Shown: positions 10,278 to 19,727 of the stretch, piece after piece
Layout: every line of letters starts with the position of its first letter
How positions within the stretch are numbered: position 1 is the first letter of the stretch
Assembly: GCF_008000775.2 (NCBI RefSeq)
Contig: NZ_CP042905.2
Span: 4,050,001-4,082,000, forward strand
DNA: 32,000 nucleotides
Direction: 5' to 3'
From: Promethearchaeum syntrophicum
Lineage (GTDB): Archaea; Asgardarchaeota; Lokiarchaeia; Sigyniarchaeales; Promethearchaeaceae
The notes under the pieces: generated by a model
The model's input: the letters and a program-made list of their open reading frames with translations, nothing else
Told to the model about the DNA's origin: nothing
Databases searched by the model: none
Program-made: the position numbers and the translations under genes

Positions 10278-11954
10278 TTGGAAGATAAGCAGCCCAAAGT
10301 CAATTCTGAGGAAGTTATAAGAGCAGTCTCTCGTGAATTAATTGAATTTCTTCTACGACATCCAGATACTAAAAAAATTAAACTAACTGCTATTAAGTGT
10401 AAAATTGGTAAAAAACATGGTTTTATTAATGTAATTAAAGACTCAGTTGTAAGATCCTATGCAACTCCTGAAGAACAAGAAAAACTAGAATTAATTCTCC
10501 GTCGTCGCTTAACCCGTACACTTTCAGGGGTTACAATTGTTGCAGTGATGACGGCACCAGCTCCGGCTGGTTCGAAAAGCTGTCCTGGTAACTGTCTGTT
10601 TTGCCCAGGGGAATCTTCACAACCAGACGTAAAAGTTGCCCAATCCTATACTGGAAGGGAACCTGCCGCAATGCGCTCGGCGATGTATCATTATGATCCA
10701 TACGAACAAACTCTCCATCGACTTGAAGATTTAGCTGCCATCGGGCATCATCCGGATAAAATCGAGCTCATCATCATGGGAGGGACGTTCCTCTATTTTC
10801 CGCGCACCTATCAAGAAGATTTTGTCAAGGGGTGCTACGATGCTATTATTAATTTTCGAGAACCGAATTACAATGATGGAAAACGCACCACCAGTTTACA
10901 AGTGGCGATCGAAAAATTAGAGACCGCGAAAACGCGGCTCATTGGACTGACTTTTGAAACCCGACCCGATTATTGCTTTGAAGAGCATGTGGATCGGATG
11001 CTAGAATTAGGTGCTACACGGGTTGAAATCGGCATTCAAAGCACCCGTGAAGATTTATTGTCATTTTCCAGACGAAACCATACGGTGGCAGATAACAAAC
11101 GGGCGATTCAAGTGGCCAAAGATGCTGGTTTGAAAGTAAACGCCCATATAATGCCGAATCTTCCCCTGTCCTCACCAGAAACCGATATCGAAGTATTCCG
11201 AGAACTCTTTCGAGATCCGGAGTTTCGACCCGATATGATGAAACTGTACCCTTGTTTAGTCGTAAAAGGCACCGATCTCTATAATATGTATCTCTCGGGG
11301 GAGTACGAGCCTTATTCCCAAGAAAAGGTCATTCAAGTCTTGATGCAAATCAAAACCGAATTACCGCCCTATGTTCGGATTCAACGCATTCAACGCGATA
11401 TTCCAGTTGATTTGATTAAAGCGGGGGTAAAAAATTCCAATTTACGTCAAATTATTCAAACCCGCCTACTCGCGGAAGGAAAGCATTGTAACTGTATACG
11501 GTGTCGAGAAGAAGGTTTTTATGCCCAAAAACGATCCCAAACACGGGAACATGTGGATCTTTCAGGCGTTAAATTTGAGGATTTCACATATGCAGCCTCA
11601 GGAGGAGAAGAACATTTTCTGTCGTTCGAAGATCACGATAGACGTATGTTAATCGGGTACCTTAGATTGCGGTTTCTATCACCGAAGGCTCACCGTCCCG
11701 AGGTTTGTGATCAGCGTGTAGCAATTGTCAGAGAAATTCGGGTAGTGGGTGAAATTGTGGGACACGATTCAATCCCCCGTCAAGGTCAGATCCAACATCG
11801 TGGATATGGGAAAGAGCTCATGCAGAACGCTGAAGAAATTGCACGACAACATGGATGTACCAAACTTCTGGTCATTGCTGGAATCGGTGCCCGACCTTAT
11901 TTTTATAACCTCGGTTATTCTTTTGATGGAGTTTATGTAGCAAAAAAGATTTAA
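10278..11954 (+). CDS. elp3: Elp3 family radical SAM / GNAT tRNA U34 modification enzyme
   Basis: GSKSCPGNCLFCPG cluster motif, IGLTFETRPDY, RVEIGIQS, C-terminal GNAT RHRGYGKELMQNAE-like segment (IQHRGYGKELMQNAEEIARQHG), ARPYFYNLGY. Apparent TTG start. Confidence 0.96.
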   Translation: MEDKQPKVNSEEVIRAVSRELIEFLLRHPDTKKIKLTAIKCKIGKKHGFINVIKDSVVRSYATPEEQEKLELILRRRLTRTLSGVTIVAVMTAPAPAGSKSCPGNCLFCPGESSQPDVKVAQSYTGREPAAMRSAMYHYDPYEQTLHRLEDLAAIGHHPDKIELIIMGGTFLYFPRTYQEDFVKGCYDAIINFREPNYNDGKRTTSLQVAIEKLETAKTRLIGLTFETRPDYCFEEHVDRMLELGATRVEIGIQSTREDLLSFSRRNHTVADNKRAIQVAKDAGLKVNAHIMPNLPLSSPETDIEVFRELFRDPEFRPDMMKLYPCLVVKGTDLYNMYLSGEYEPYSQEKVIQVLMQIKTELPPYVRIQRIQRDIPVDLIKAGVKNSNLRQIIQTRLLAEGKHCNCIRCREEGFYAQKRSQTREHVDLSGVKFEDFTYAASGGEEHFLSFEDHDRRMLIGYLRLRFLSPKAHRPEVCDQRVAIVREIRVVGEIVGHDSIPRQGQIQHRGYGKELMQNAEEIARQHGCTKLLVIAGIGARPYFYNLGYSFDGVYVAKKI

Positions 11955-12064
11955 TATCTTCGCATTTTCAGTTTATTTTTAAGAATTCTCAAACTTTGTG
12001 GATAGGCAATTTGCCAAATAAAATAAGAATGAATTCAAAAAAGCTAAAAAAATCTGATGTGGTA

Positions 12065-12883
12065 TTACTGAAATTCCGGAGGTAATTGCACGGTGATGAA
12101 TTGGCTATTCACGGGGTTTCGTAGTAAATTGTTAATTAAGTCATAGTGAAGTTTGTATGGTCCGATCATATACACCAACTGGTGATTATCAGCAATCATT
12201 TCTTGCATGTCGGGTAAAATGCGAAATCCAGTAAATACGTCGTTTTCATTATTTACGGGACCTCCTGTGAACTCTATCGGATGTTTTAGTTGTCCTCCTA
12301 CCTTTGAATTGCCAATTGCTACTATATCCATCTTTGATCTGAAACTATCAAGACTTCCTTTGTGAGTGAAGAAGTGACTATTTACATTCTTGTGCTCCTT
12401 TAGCCATGGAGTGATTTTATCATCAGAGGTTGTTTGGTAATCAATAATCTTCTCAATTTCTATCCATCCCACAATGTAAACTCGCTGGGTCCCTTCAATA
12501 AAATCACCGTTCTCCCACTTCTGCATCCTAGCAAAAATTACTAATAAATCACCTGATTCAAGCTGAGATAACATCTTGGGAACGTTATTTTGATGATTTT
12601 GGCTTGAATTATTGTCACCGTATGTTTTATGGACAAAATCTGGATCAAAATGGGCTAATGAATGGTTCTCCAGCCACCTTCTTCTGGGGATATACTCAGA
12701 CAGAAACTTTCCTGTGGTGCCGAATATTTGGTCAAATCGTGGCCCGATTTCTCTATCTTCTGGAATGGGGATAAGTTCATACCCTTTTATTTTGCCGTCT
12801 TCATTCTCAAACGCGGGATTGTAAAACCCATTTTCCCCTCTGTCTGCAAAGACACAGATTCCATATGCTTTCATTTTTTTCAT
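12065..12883 (-). CDS. Uncharacterised protein, possibly related to nucleotide modification associated domain (Nmad3-like) families
   Basis: 272 aa; family impression only, from SGDLLVIFARMQKW...RVYIVGWIEIEKI and DPDFVHKTYG. No decisive catalytic motif recognised. Confidence 0.35.
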   Translation of the reverse strand: MKKMKAYGICVFADRGENGFYNPAFENEDGKIKGYELIPIPEDREIGPRFDQIFGTTGKFLSEYIPRRRWLENHSLAHFDPDFVHKTYGDNNSSQNHQNNVPKMLSQLESGDLLVIFARMQKWENGDFIEGTQRVYIVGWIEIEKIIDYQTTSDDKITPWLKEHKNVNSHFFTHKGSLDSFRSKMDIVAIGNSKVGGQLKHPIEFTGGPVNNENDVFTGFRILPDMQEMIADNHQLVYMIGPYKLHYDLINNLLRNPVNSQFITVQLPPEFQ

Positions 12884-13405
12884 CTTTTTTCCTTTTCTAC
12901 TGGTAACAAATTATCCTTTTTGCTTTTAAATTGATGGTTTCGTTTTTACCCCCAAAAATAATTTCACACTTTTCACAACCACTTAATAGATAAAAGGAAC
13001 ATTTAAAGCGACATATTAAATTAAAACACGCATTCATGAAAAATAAAAGATTAACAAACTAATTGCTATTTGAAAAGATATTGCCTGGCTCACAACCAAG
13101 CCAGACATGTGGAAAATAGAGAGTTGTTGAAAAAAGTTTGGTAGTTCCTACATCTTTGATTCGTGGTTGTGAAATGTGGGGATGCTACGATGCGATAGAC
13201 AATTTTTTCTTGATCAAATCTGATCATCCATACGTCTACGATGGATAATTATATTAAGAAATTAATGATATATAAATATTTCGTTAATCTATTAGCGGGA
13301 ATAAGAAAATGAGAAAAAATACGCATTATAACCTGAATATCGCTGATTTTACAATAAAAAAACATTGGAAAAGATTTTCGAATGGAAAGAACGTTGGATT
13401 TTTGA
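12884..13405 (-). other. About 520-nt non-coding segment directly 3' of the giant RuvC gene, with short inverted and direct repeats; possible UTR or structured RNA
   Basis: CTGGCT(13085-13090)/AGCCAG(13099-13104); TGATCA(13211-13216)/TGATCA(13221-13226); ATCCAT(13226-13231)/ATGGAT(13241-13246); direct repeat CTACGATG at 13185-13192 and 13236-13243. No coding ORF assigned. Confidence 0.3.
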
Positions 13406-16400
13406 TTAGATGTTAGAGTAAATTTCGGTAAATCGTTTTAGATCTTTATCATCAGAGGTTGGACTTAGCAATCCTTGAAGCTTTTTGATAATTTTTTTGA
13501 AAGATTTGATTTGTTTTGATTCTTCACAATAATCATTGCGCTTCTTTAGAGTGTTGATTAATAATGTGAATTCTGAGTTTGATAAATTTTTGAACGAAAA
13601 GTAAATATTTTCATTTTCTTTTGAATATGTATGTTCACTGTTAACATCCTCCACGTAAATATTTTTTATTTTGTGAGATAGAACATTCGATAATTGTGTG
13701 ATGAGCGTGTTAAACTGATTTTTTATCTTCTCTTGAGATTTTATTGGAAATCTTGTTTCACGAGCAATCCATAAATTGATTATTTTTGCATAATATATGA
13801 TGGGATCATAATTATGGATGTTTGCGGAAGCGTTGATGTCCCTATTGGCGTAAGTTTTATAATCTGAGCAGTGAAAAACAATACCTGATTGGGAGAAAAT
13901 AAAGACAAGAATTGTTTTTTTATCTGTTTTTTTATTTGTTTTTAGAAGGAAATTTTCTGTATTGATTTTGTTTAAAATTCTTTTGTAATCCCAGATCTGA
14001 AGATCGGCTTTTTTGTATTTGGGGCCCGTTATTTTGACTTTATTTATTTCAGTCGGTTTTTCGGGAGCATGTAAAATTTTATTGTTTTTTCTAATATATT
14101 TGAGTTTATTGGCATTATCTTTGGACAAAACCTCACTTGGAATTGTTATTAGATATCCCTTTAATCCTTCTTTTCCACAAACAGAACATAATTTACTTGT
14201 ATAGGCGGGAGGAACTGTTTTGAGTAAAAATCCGGATAAATTGCTTTTTTCTTCAAGATAATCTTTAAAATTTCCTCGAAGCCAACGAGCGGCGGCCTCT
14301 GAAAATTTACTTCCTTTTTTTGCTTGAAATCCCCTTAAATCTTCGATATAAATCACAGTATCGTCGTTTAAATGTTTTTTAAGATTATGTGGGGAATTAG
14401 AACTGGATTTTTTTGATTTAACATAGTCTGCAATAACCTCTATACTTTGACGAATTGACGTATCCGCTATGTTTTGCTCTTTAGTATTGATTTTCTGTTT
14501 ATAATTTAGGTAGTTTATTCTGAAATAAGAGGGTTTTTTTTTGATGTAGGTGAGGTCCAATTTTTTCTGGAATTGGCTTGCAGACGAAGATAATTTTTTG
14601 GTTTTTTTTATCATTTTATCTATTGATTTATTGATTTCATCAAATGAATCAATGCTTGTGTTTTTGGTATCTCCTTCTAGGGCATCGTAATTTAGAAATT
14701 CTCTTAGCCCTAAATCTATTCCGAGTTTGTTTTTAACATCTAAACCATCTTTAGACATATAAGATGTGGGCTGAATAAAAGGAACAGCACAACCTACCGA
14801 CAAAATGATTTTACCATTGGGTTTAATTGAAACAATGACTGATTTTAGTGGTGAAGAAAGTAGCTGCTTGTAAGGAGTCGGTGTTTTTCTGTATAATAAA
14901 GAAATGAAGGCAGAAATAATTCTTTTGAGATTTTCGGTACGGGGATCTCTACCAAGGTGGAATTTTTTATTTGATTTTAAAGACGCGGTTACCCAATTAT
15001 AAAATATTATCAAAGTATCAATTATAATTATAAATTCGGCAGAAGTTGTGATGATATTAAGGTTTTTAAACTTTTCAATAGTTTTAGATACACTTTTCAT
15101 TTTTTCTAATTCATCTTTCTTCGAATTAAGTGTTAACGTTTGTATTGATGTTAAAGTTTTCTTTCTTTCTAATTTTTTTATCTGGGTATTTATTTTTGTG
15201 ATTTCAGGTTGTAAAAAAACATCGAAAAATTTTGCGTAATTGTAGTAGAGGGATCGAATAGTCTGAAAATCAACAGAACCGAATTCTTTATTTTTCAATT
15301 TTTTTAATTCATTTTTCTTCGATTTCAACATTTCCTGCATTTGCTGAACCCAGATTTTTATTTCCTCTCTTCTTTCTATTTCTTCAATTTCATCATCAAA
15401 TGTAGCAATTTCGTATTCCATTTCTTCAATTTCGCCCTCTAGTTCTTCAATTTCATTTTCATACGCTTCAATTTTACCTTCTAAATCCTTAATTTCGGGA
15501 GTGAATTTAAGGATGCGGTCCTTCATTTCTTTAAAAATCATGTCTGTATTTTCATATGCTGAGAAAAATTGTTTGAATTTTAACCAAATATAGTTTAATG
15601 GAGGTCCTGTAGAATTATTATCATCAAAGTAGGCTATTGTGAAATTTTTCCCTTTTTTTGAATCATCACATATCTTTGAAGTCCAAAAATTTTGATTTTT
15701 TTCATCTGGAGGATGTGTATTAAGAAGAGAATCGGTTAAATCTTTAAATTCTTGAAAAATCCTCCAATTTTTTGAACTGGAAGCGTTTTGGCTATTTTTG
15801 AATTGGTTTTCGGTTTTAAGACCGAATTTAGATGTTAGTAAATAATAATTATATATTTCGGTATTAGGAACTTTTACAGGGATAAATATCAGAAGATAAA
15901 TTTGGCGAAGAATATCGGTTTCTTCTTGTCTATTATAATGACCAACCATATAATAATGGTAACTCTTTGATTTTCCTACTCTGCTACTTGAAAGCAAAGA
16001 TTGGAGAGAGTATGATTCATATTTTTTCAATTCATCTAATTTTTCTAAAGTAATTTTTTTGGTAAAAATTTCGAAATTGGTCTTCCTAAAATTTGGTCTT
16101 TTCAATAAATGATTAAGTAAAAAATGATTTTCAATAGCCTCTTTTTTAGTAATATCCAGTTTCTTACTAATCTCATCATAATTATCCATGGTTTCTTCTG
16201 AAATATCGAAAGGGTTCTTAATGTCAAGGTGTTCGGTTTCTTTATCGATTTCAAAAAAATTATCGAAAATTAAAACTTCTTTTGGAAATTCGGAAAATAA
16301 TTTTTTTTCTTCATATAAACTCTGCTTGATTTTGTTAATGTCTTTAAGCGATGAAATGGAATAATCACGAGATTTTAAAAATTTCTTTGTGAGAAGAAAA

Positions 16401-19400
16401 GTTCGATTGTCTTTTTCCCAATTATCTTTAATCATTCCGGGAGTAAATTCGATTCCTTTAAGCCAATTAACGAGTTCCTTAGAGTTTTTTATATGATCAG
16501 ATGATATGTATTTTTTTTTTGAATCGAGTTTGATTACGTGATGACATAAATAATTCAATTGTCTATGATCATGCCAAACTTTTTTCCAATCAAAAACAAT
16601 ATCGCCATCCTTATCCTTGAAAACAATTTCTTTATATTCTTTCATGCATTCGGTCCAAGAATTTAGGTTTGTATTTTCCAGACCGATATGTTTTAACTTA
16701 AAATTTTGCTTCCATTTGTATATTTTATCAGTGTTGATAATAGGGTAATTGTTTTTTTTTATGGTTCTATATATTATTTTTGATATATCACGTTCCGATC
16801 GGATTATTTTTGAAAAAACACGATGGAAAGAATCGTCATCGTTTTCAATTTTAATTGGATTCAAATATAGATATTCATTATTATCGAAGTCCATGAAATT
16901 CTCAATGATTTTTAGAATTTTAGTTAAATCTTCATTGATTCCAAAATCCGAAACTATTTCTTTTGTAATCTCTTTGTATTCGATCTTGATTTTGGCGGCA
17001 ATGTCCTCAAAATCTTTAACCCATGGTTGGCGGCGTTTTACCCTATTGGTTTCTTGTATTATTGATTTTAGCGATTTTACAATTCCTGAACTTTTTAATT
17101 GGGGGTTGTTTAGTAGGAGACTTATGATAATTTTCAGGTTTTTTATTTGTTCATTGAACCACAATTCCCGAGATTCCATAATATTATTTAATGTGGAAAA
17201 CAAAGGGTTAGTTCGTTCAAATTCAGGAATTTCATCCTTATTTATAAGTAATTCTAAAAAATCCTCATTCTGAAGCGAATCTGAATTTTTAAAGAATTTC
17301 CAATGTTCTTTTGAATCATTTTGAAGGTTAATCAGTTCTTTTTTTGATTTGTTCAATTCGCTTTTAATTACAAGACATTTCTCACAAGATACCGCATAAT
17401 TATCTACCAGTTCTTCCACACATTTTAAGAGTGTAAGCCCTTGAGAAAAATGGATGTATTGAATAGGTGATTTTTGTTTTGTGAGAAAGGATTCTGATAT
17501 AATGTCAACGCTTAAAGCAATGATCTGTAAAATTTGTTTTTTATGCTTCTTCTCATACACAATGTTATTCAAATTACCATAATTGGTATTATTCAGTTCA
17601 TAGTATTGATTTTTTAAAGAATTGATTAATTCATTAAAGAAATTGTCTGTTGTGGGTAGTATCTTTGAAAGTTTAGAAGGAAAATTTGTTAAGTTTATTG
17701 ATTTTTCTTCTATGTTTTTTCCTTTTTTCAAGATAATCTTATTTTTTCCCTTCTTTGGAACTATTAAATCAACATAATTATAATCATTACATGAATATAT
17801 TTGAGGAGAATTTTTACCGAATTTGAAAAGATCTTCTTCATCTTCTGTATAAAAATCACCAGTTTCTGAAAAGAAAGCGTATTTGAGCCCGTAATTTGTA
17901 AATTTATTAAAAAGATTATTAAAATTATTGCTGATGGTAATTTTTTTTTTAATGTCTAAATTTTCCAGCTCTTCTTCTGATTTTTCATCTGGAATTAAAG
18001 ACGAAAAAATGGAAAAATCACTTGTGGTTTCGATCATTTCGAGATATTTCCTATAGAAATTATTAAGATCTTCGTGGAATTCTTTGAAAAGAGGATTAAG
18101 TTTTTTTGTTTTTGGATCAATGATATGAAACGCAATTTCTGAGCGGTTTTTTTTAATAATTTCTCGATTAAGAGATTTAAAAACGTTTTTATTAAACCTA
18201 ACTAAAGGATTGAATTTGGTTTCACTATTTTGAATAAATGTAAGAGGTGATGGGGTTTTAATCAACCCTAATGCATGAGAAAAAGGTTTTGATCCAAATG
18301 TTTTTTCTGTGGTTCTATTTAAATTTTGAAAAATTGCATTCTTTACTTCTTCATTTTTTTTGAAATGTTTTTCATAAATTTTTTTTCGGTTTTTTTTGAT
18401 TTTGTAAAGAGATTTTTCGTGTTTTGATAGGTATATATCAAGAATATCAGAAAAATCCTCGGGGCTTGGAAATACTAGAGTGGAATTTATTTTGGAATTA
18501 ACTTTATTGAAAAATTGAACATAATCAATTTTCCAGCTCTCGAAAGTCTGTAAAAATGTTATGGATTCGTCATCAGGTAATAATTTTTCTAATTTTCTTA
18601 ATTCTTTTTCTAATTCCTTTTCTTTTTCTTCTAGTTTTTTTTTTTTCTCTTCATCAGAACCATCTAAATTCTTTTTAAATCTTTTTAATTTCGATTCGGA
18701 TTCCTTATTTAGAAGTTCTCCAAATTTCTTTTTTAAATTAGATAAAATTTTTGATAGATCATCTGAAAATAAAGAAAGATCTTCATCACAATAAAACCCT
18801 TGAACATTCTCCGAAAACCTAAATTGCTGAGATATGTGAGCAAAATTAAAAATATTGTTATAAATATCAAAGTATGATGGATTTAATTTCAGTTTAGATC
18901 GTTTGGACACATAACTAAGCAAATTTCTGTAAATTTCGTTTCGTTTGAAAATTTTGTTTTTAGAAGTCTGAAGAGATTTTAGATGATTGTTAATGTCTTT
19001 CTCGTCAAAATTAAAGGGAATTTTTTTTAAATCAATGTTTTTACTATGAATTTTATCGTGAATCGATTTAATTGTTTCTGTATCTTTGGGATTTTTCGTC
19101 TTGAAAATATTTCCTGCACTCATAGTAAGGGTTCTAAAAATATTTCCAATCTGATAACGGTGTTTTCTTATTGAAAGATTAATTACTTTGGGATCGGGAT
19201 CTTGAATAAAAACATAAAAATCGCTATTTGGACGCATGCAGTGAGCCAATTCTCTCATATCCATGCCAGGATCTATATCATCCATGCTGAGTTCAGGATA
19301 AAGTACCTCATTATTATATGGATCGTCAGGATCTGTATGAGGACCTTTTGGGATAAGTATGTTTTGAAGGATATACAATGGAGAATCGGGGCTAAGAACA

Positions 19401-19678
19401 ATTTTTTTATTTCGTTTGTAATCAAAATAGTCATAAGTAACCTGTTCCGGCTTTTCTAAACCTAAAATTCTATGAATTCCGTATTTGATGGTAAATTCCT
19501 TAAGGGAAATACAATCCAAACTCATATTGCATGGCTCATTTACTATTAAATTACGAATTTGAATCGGAACATCAGTAATTATTTTTCCTTTTTTATCCAA
19601 TTTGAAGTAATCGTGCTCGAATGAATAATAATCGTGATCTTCTGGGTATTCGGAGGGGTTGGGATTTTCAATGGTCAT
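13406..19678 (-). CDS. Giant (2090 aa) protein with C-terminal TnpB/Cas12-type RuvC nuclease domain; N-terminal ~1600 aa uncharacterised
   Basis: Single uninterrupted ORF. RuvC-I KLGIDLGLREFLNY (D1655, 14708-14722), RuvC-II VIYIEDLRGF (E1779, codon 14342-14344), zinc-knuckle CSVCG (14174-14188), RuvC-III FHCSDYKTYANRDINASANIHNYD (D1947, codon 13838-13840). Pre-RuvC strand SVIVSIKPNGKIILSVG, as in TnpB-like proteins. Confidence 0.85.
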   Translation of the reverse strand: MTIENPNPSEYPEDHDYYSFEHDYFKLDKKGKIITDVPIQIRNLIVNEPCNMSLDCISLKEFTIKYGIHRILGLEKPEQVTYDYFDYKRNKKIVLSPDSPLYILQNILIPKGPHTDPDDPYNNEVLYPELSMDDIDPGMDMRELAHCMRPNSDFYVFIQDPDPKVINLSIRKHRYQIGNIFRTLTMSAGNIFKTKNPKDTETIKSIHDKIHSKNIDLKKIPFNFDEKDINNHLKSLQTSKNKIFKRNEIYRNLLSYVSKRSKLKLNPSYFDIYNNIFNFAHISQQFRFSENVQGFYCDEDLSLFSDDLSKILSNLKKKFGELLNKESESKLKRFKKNLDGSDEEKKKKLEEKEKELEKELRKLEKLLPDDESITFLQTFESWKIDYVQFFNKVNSKINSTLVFPSPEDFSDILDIYLSKHEKSLYKIKKNRKKIYEKHFKKNEEVKNAIFQNLNRTTEKTFGSKPFSHALGLIKTPSPLTFIQNSETKFNPLVRFNKNVFKSLNREIIKKNRSEIAFHIIDPKTKKLNPLFKEFHEDLNNFYRKYLEMIETTSDFSIFSSLIPDEKSEEELENLDIKKKITISNNFNNLFNKFTNYGLKYAFFSETGDFYTEDEEDLFKFGKNSPQIYSCNDYNYVDLIVPKKGKNKIILKKGKNIEEKSINLTNFPSKLSKILPTTDNFFNELINSLKNQYYELNNTNYGNLNNIVYEKKHKKQILQIIALSVDIISESFLTKQKSPIQYIHFSQGLTLLKCVEELVDNYAVSCEKCLVIKSELNKSKKELINLQNDSKEHWKFFKNSDSLQNEDFLELLINKDEIPEFERTNPLFSTLNNIMESRELWFNEQIKNLKIIISLLLNNPQLKSSGIVKSLKSIIQETNRVKRRQPWVKDFEDIAAKIKIEYKEITKEIVSDFGINEDLTKILKIIENFMDFDNNEYLYLNPIKIENDDDSFHRVFSKIIRSERDISKIIYRTIKKNNYPIINTDKIYKWKQNFKLKHIGLENTNLNSWTECMKEYKEIVFKDKDGDIVFDWKKVWHDHRQLNYLCHHVIKLDSKKKYISSDHIKNSKELVNWLKGIEFTPGMIKDNWEKDNRTFLLTKKFLKSRDYSISSLKDINKIKQSLYEEKKLFSEFPKEVLIFDNFFEIDKETEHLDIKNPFDISEETMDNYDEISKKLDITKKEAIENHFLLNHLLKRPNFRKTNFEIFTKKITLEKLDELKKYESYSLQSLLSSSRVGKSKSYHYYMVGHYNRQEETDILRQIYLLIFIPVKVPNTEIYNYYLLTSKFGLKTENQFKNSQNASSSKNWRIFQEFKDLTDSLLNTHPPDEKNQNFWTSKICDDSKKGKNFTIAYFDDNNSTGPPLNYIWLKFKQFFSAYENTDMIFKEMKDRILKFTPEIKDLEGKIEAYENEIEELEGEIEEMEYEIATFDDEIEEIERREEIKIWVQQMQEMLKSKKNELKKLKNKEFGSVDFQTIRSLYYNYAKFFDVFLQPEITKINTQIKKLERKKTLTSIQTLTLNSKKDELEKMKSVSKTIEKFKNLNIITTSAEFIIIIDTLIIFYNWVTASLKSNKKFHLGRDPRTENLKRIISAFISLLYRKTPTPYKQLLSSPLKSVIVSIKPNGKIILSVGCAVPFIQPTSYMSKDGLDVKNKLGIDLGLREFLNYDALEGDTKNTSIDSFDEINKSIDKMIKKTKKLSSSASQFQKKLDLTYIKKKPSYFRINYLNYKQKINTKEQNIADTSIRQSIEVIADYVKSKKSSSNSPHNLKKHLNDDTVIYIEDLRGFQAKKGSKFSEAAARWLRGNFKDYLEEKSNLSGFLLKTVPPAYTSKLCSVCGKEGLKGYLITIPSEVLSKDNANKLKYIRKNNKILHAPEKPTEINKVKITGPKYKKADLQIWDYKRILNKINTENFLLKTNKKTDKKTILVFIFSQSGIVFHCSDYKTYANRDINASANIHNYDPIIYYAKIINLWIARETRFPIKSQEKIKNQFNTLITQLSNVLSHKIKNIYVEDVNSEHTYSKENENIYFSFKNLSNSEFTLLINTLKKRNDYCEESKQIKSFKKIIKKLQGLLSPTSDDKDLKRFTEIYSNI

Positions 19679-19727
19679 AGTATATCATATCCTTATTCTG
19701 TTGTTGGAAATTTTTTTAGGATGATGC

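Noticed and set aside
12612-12934. Plus-strand ORFs 12612-12824 and 12662-12934
   Set aside because: Antisense to the 272-aa minus-strand ORF, with no recognisable features and typical shadow-ORF composition.
13081-13250. Possible tRNA or box C/D RNA in the gap after the giant gene
   Set aside because: Short inverted repeats are present, but I could not fit a full cloverleaf, or box C (RUGAUGA) and box D (CUGA) with a terminal stem. Kept only as an unspecified structured segment.
14013-19459. Plus-strand ORFs antisense to the giant gene (14013-14204, 15048-15239, 16749-17273, 18561-18794, 19202-19459)
   Set aside because: All lie antisense to a single 2090-aa ORF, are compositionally a mirror of it (Phe/Ser/Ile-rich), and show no domain motifs.
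13406-19678. Giant RuvC gene as a standard IS200/IS605 or IS607 TnpB element
   Set aside because: No TnpA (Y1 or serine recombinase) neighbour and no recognisable element ends. The protein is about five times normal TnpB size, with a multi-gene neighbourhood.
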